Source: a virus (taxonomy: Duplodnaviria; Heunggongvirae; Uroviricota; Caudoviricetes). From it: 8,464 nt of DNA. Shown here piece after piece: positions 7,320 to 8,464 of the stretch; the first letter of the stretch is position 1; the number at the start of each line of letters is the position of its first letter. Under the pieces are notes generated by a model. That model saw only the letters and a list, made by a program, of their open reading frames with translations, ran no database searches and was not told the origin of the DNA. The position numbers and the translations under genes are program-made. Location of the stretch: IMG/VR virus record IMGVR_UViG_2667527591_000013. One strand, 5' to 3'.

Positions 7320-8464
7320 ATGACAGTCAGAATATCGGGCGTGCTGAAGGACGGCACCGGGAAGCCGGTACCGGGATGCACCATTGAACTGAAAGCCCTG
7401 CGCACCACGGAGACAGTGATTGTCACCACGGTGGCGCAGGGGCAGCCGGGGGAAACCGGCAGTTACAGTTTTGATGTGGAGCCGGGGTGGTACCGGGTGA
7501 CGCTGAACACGGAAGGGTACGCCCCGTCGTATGTGGGTGACATTCTGGTGAAGGCGGATTCTGAGCCGGGAACGCTGAATAAATTTCTGATGGAACAGGA
7601 TGAGGCGCAGTATTACCCGAAAGCGCTTGCAGAGCTGGAAGCGGTGGCAGCGGAAATCCTGAAGCGTGCTGAAGCGTCGGCGGCGAGTGCAGAGGAAGCG
7701 AAGAAACGGGCAGAGAATGCCCGGGGACCGGCGGGCGAGAAGGGGGACACAGGTCCACAGGGTGCCACAGGGGCAAAGGGACCAGCCGGGGCAACGGGGG
7801 CGGTCGGACCAAAAGGTGAGCCGGGGCCAAAGGGAGAACGGGGAGAAACAGGTCCACAGGGACCGAAGGGCGATAAAGGTGACCCGGGCGGACCGCCGGG
7901 GCCGAAAGGTGACACCGGCCCACGTGGAGAGGCCGGACCACCCGGACCACAGGGTCCGGCAGGGCAAACCGGCCCGAAAGGGGATAAAGGTGAACCCGGC
8001 GCAACAGGTCCGGCAGGTCCCGCAGGCCCTCGGGGAGAAACCGGCCCCGCAGGTCCTGCGGGTCCCGCAGGCAGTGTCGCCAGTGTTCCGGATGCCAGCA
8101 CATCACAGAAAGGTGTTGTACAGCTGAGCAGCGATACCAACAGCGATGATGAAACAAAAGCGGCAACCCCAAAGGCTGTGAAAGCGGTAATGGCAGAAGT
8201 GCAGGCAGCAAAAACGAAGGCAGAAGAGGCAGCAACCCGGGCAGCAGTCCCCGGACCGAAGGGGGACAGGGGGGAACCTGGCGCACCTGGTGCAGTGGGG
8301 CCAGCAGGCCCACGGGGACCGGCTGGTGCAGCTGGTCCCAAAGGTGATGCAGGCCCGGCAGGCCCCGCAGGAAAGGATGGTACCGCCGGAGCGGAAGGTA
8401 AGGCAGGTCCGGCAGGGCCACGAGGTGAAAGGGGACCAGCGGGGGCACAGGGTGTTCCGGGGCC
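7320..8464 (+). CDS. Side tail fiber protein (Stf-like) with collagen-like Gly-X-Y repeats; 5' partial, runs off the window end
   Basis: ATG at 7320 with GGGGA SD 6 nt upstream. The open frame reaches the window end without a stop, so it is absent from the supplied ORF track. The N-terminus [26 protein letters not shown] parallels lambda Stf ([17 protein letters not shown]...). The conserved motif [30 protein letters not shown] is present, flanked by two Gly-X-Y blocks. Confidence 0.85.
   Translation, partial: MTVRISGVLKDGTGKPVPGCTIELKALRTTETVIVTTVAQGQPGETGSYSFDVEPGWYRVTLNTEGYAPSYVGDILVKADSEPGTLNKFLMEQDEAQYYPKALAELEAVAAEILKRAEASAASAEEAKKRAENARGPAGEKGDTGPQGATGAKGPAGATGAVGPKGEPGPKGERGETGPQGPKGDKGDPGGPPGPKGDTGPRGEAGPPGPQGPAGQTGPKGDKGEPGATGPAGPAGPRGETGPAGPAGPAGSVASVPDASTSQKGVVQLSSDTNSDDETKAATPKAVKAVMAEVQAAKTKAEEAATRAAVPGPKGDRGEPGAPGAVGPAGPRGPAGAAGPKGDAGPAGPAGKDGTAGAEGKAGPAGPRGERGPAGAQGVPG
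7725..8072 (+). repeat. Collagen-like Gly-X-Y triplet repeat block 1 within the stf-like gene
   Basis: About 37 consecutive G-X-Y triplets ([19 protein letters not shown]...[10 protein letters not shown]) with a single one-residue interruption at [10 protein letters not shown]. The DNA shows a 9-bp periodicity of GGN-CCN-NNN. Confidence 0.85.
8253..8464 (+). repeat. Collagen-like Gly-X-Y triplet repeat block 2 within the stf-like gene (continues past window end)
   Basis: [70 protein letters not shown], uninterrupted to the window end. Confidence 0.85.

Noticed and set aside
7423-8448. Long minus-strand ORFs (341 aa and 242 aa) and the + ORF 7666-8127 overlapping the collagen-repeat region
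   Set aside because: These are artifacts of the GGN-CCN-rich collagen-like coding repeat, which stays open in several frames. Their Pro/Gly/Arg-rich translations have no homology logic, and the true frame is the one starting at 7320 that continues the Stf N-domain.
7725-8464. Periodic repeats that could superficially suggest a CRISPR array or tandem-repeat locus
   Set aside because: The periodicity is 9 bp (Gly-X-Y codons), not 28-37-bp repeats with unique spacers, and it lies inside a coding frame.

Overview
The window reads as a lambdoid (lambda/phage-21-like) prophage segment, all genes on the + strand. It opens with a lysis cassette: an S21/EssD-like pinholin (100-315), a small hypothetical gene (320-664) and a SAR-type GH24 lysozyme. 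The lysozyme is fused in frame at about nt 1150 to the tail-tip protein L, giving one chimeric 345-aa ORF (715-1752). Then come K (1758-2501), I (2399-3079), the central tail fiber J (3420-6950) and the 5' part of an Stf-like side tail fiber with collagen-like Gly-X-Y repeats (7320 to window end). No head, terminase or tail-shaft genes lie between the lysis and tail-tip genes, which suggests a deletion or module fusion. An AT-rich 340-bp insert between I and J carries two hairpin terminators and a near-consensus minus-strand promoter, making a candidate antisense sRNA moron. All family assignments come from reading the translations against remembered lambda and E. coli prophage proteins; no database search was run.
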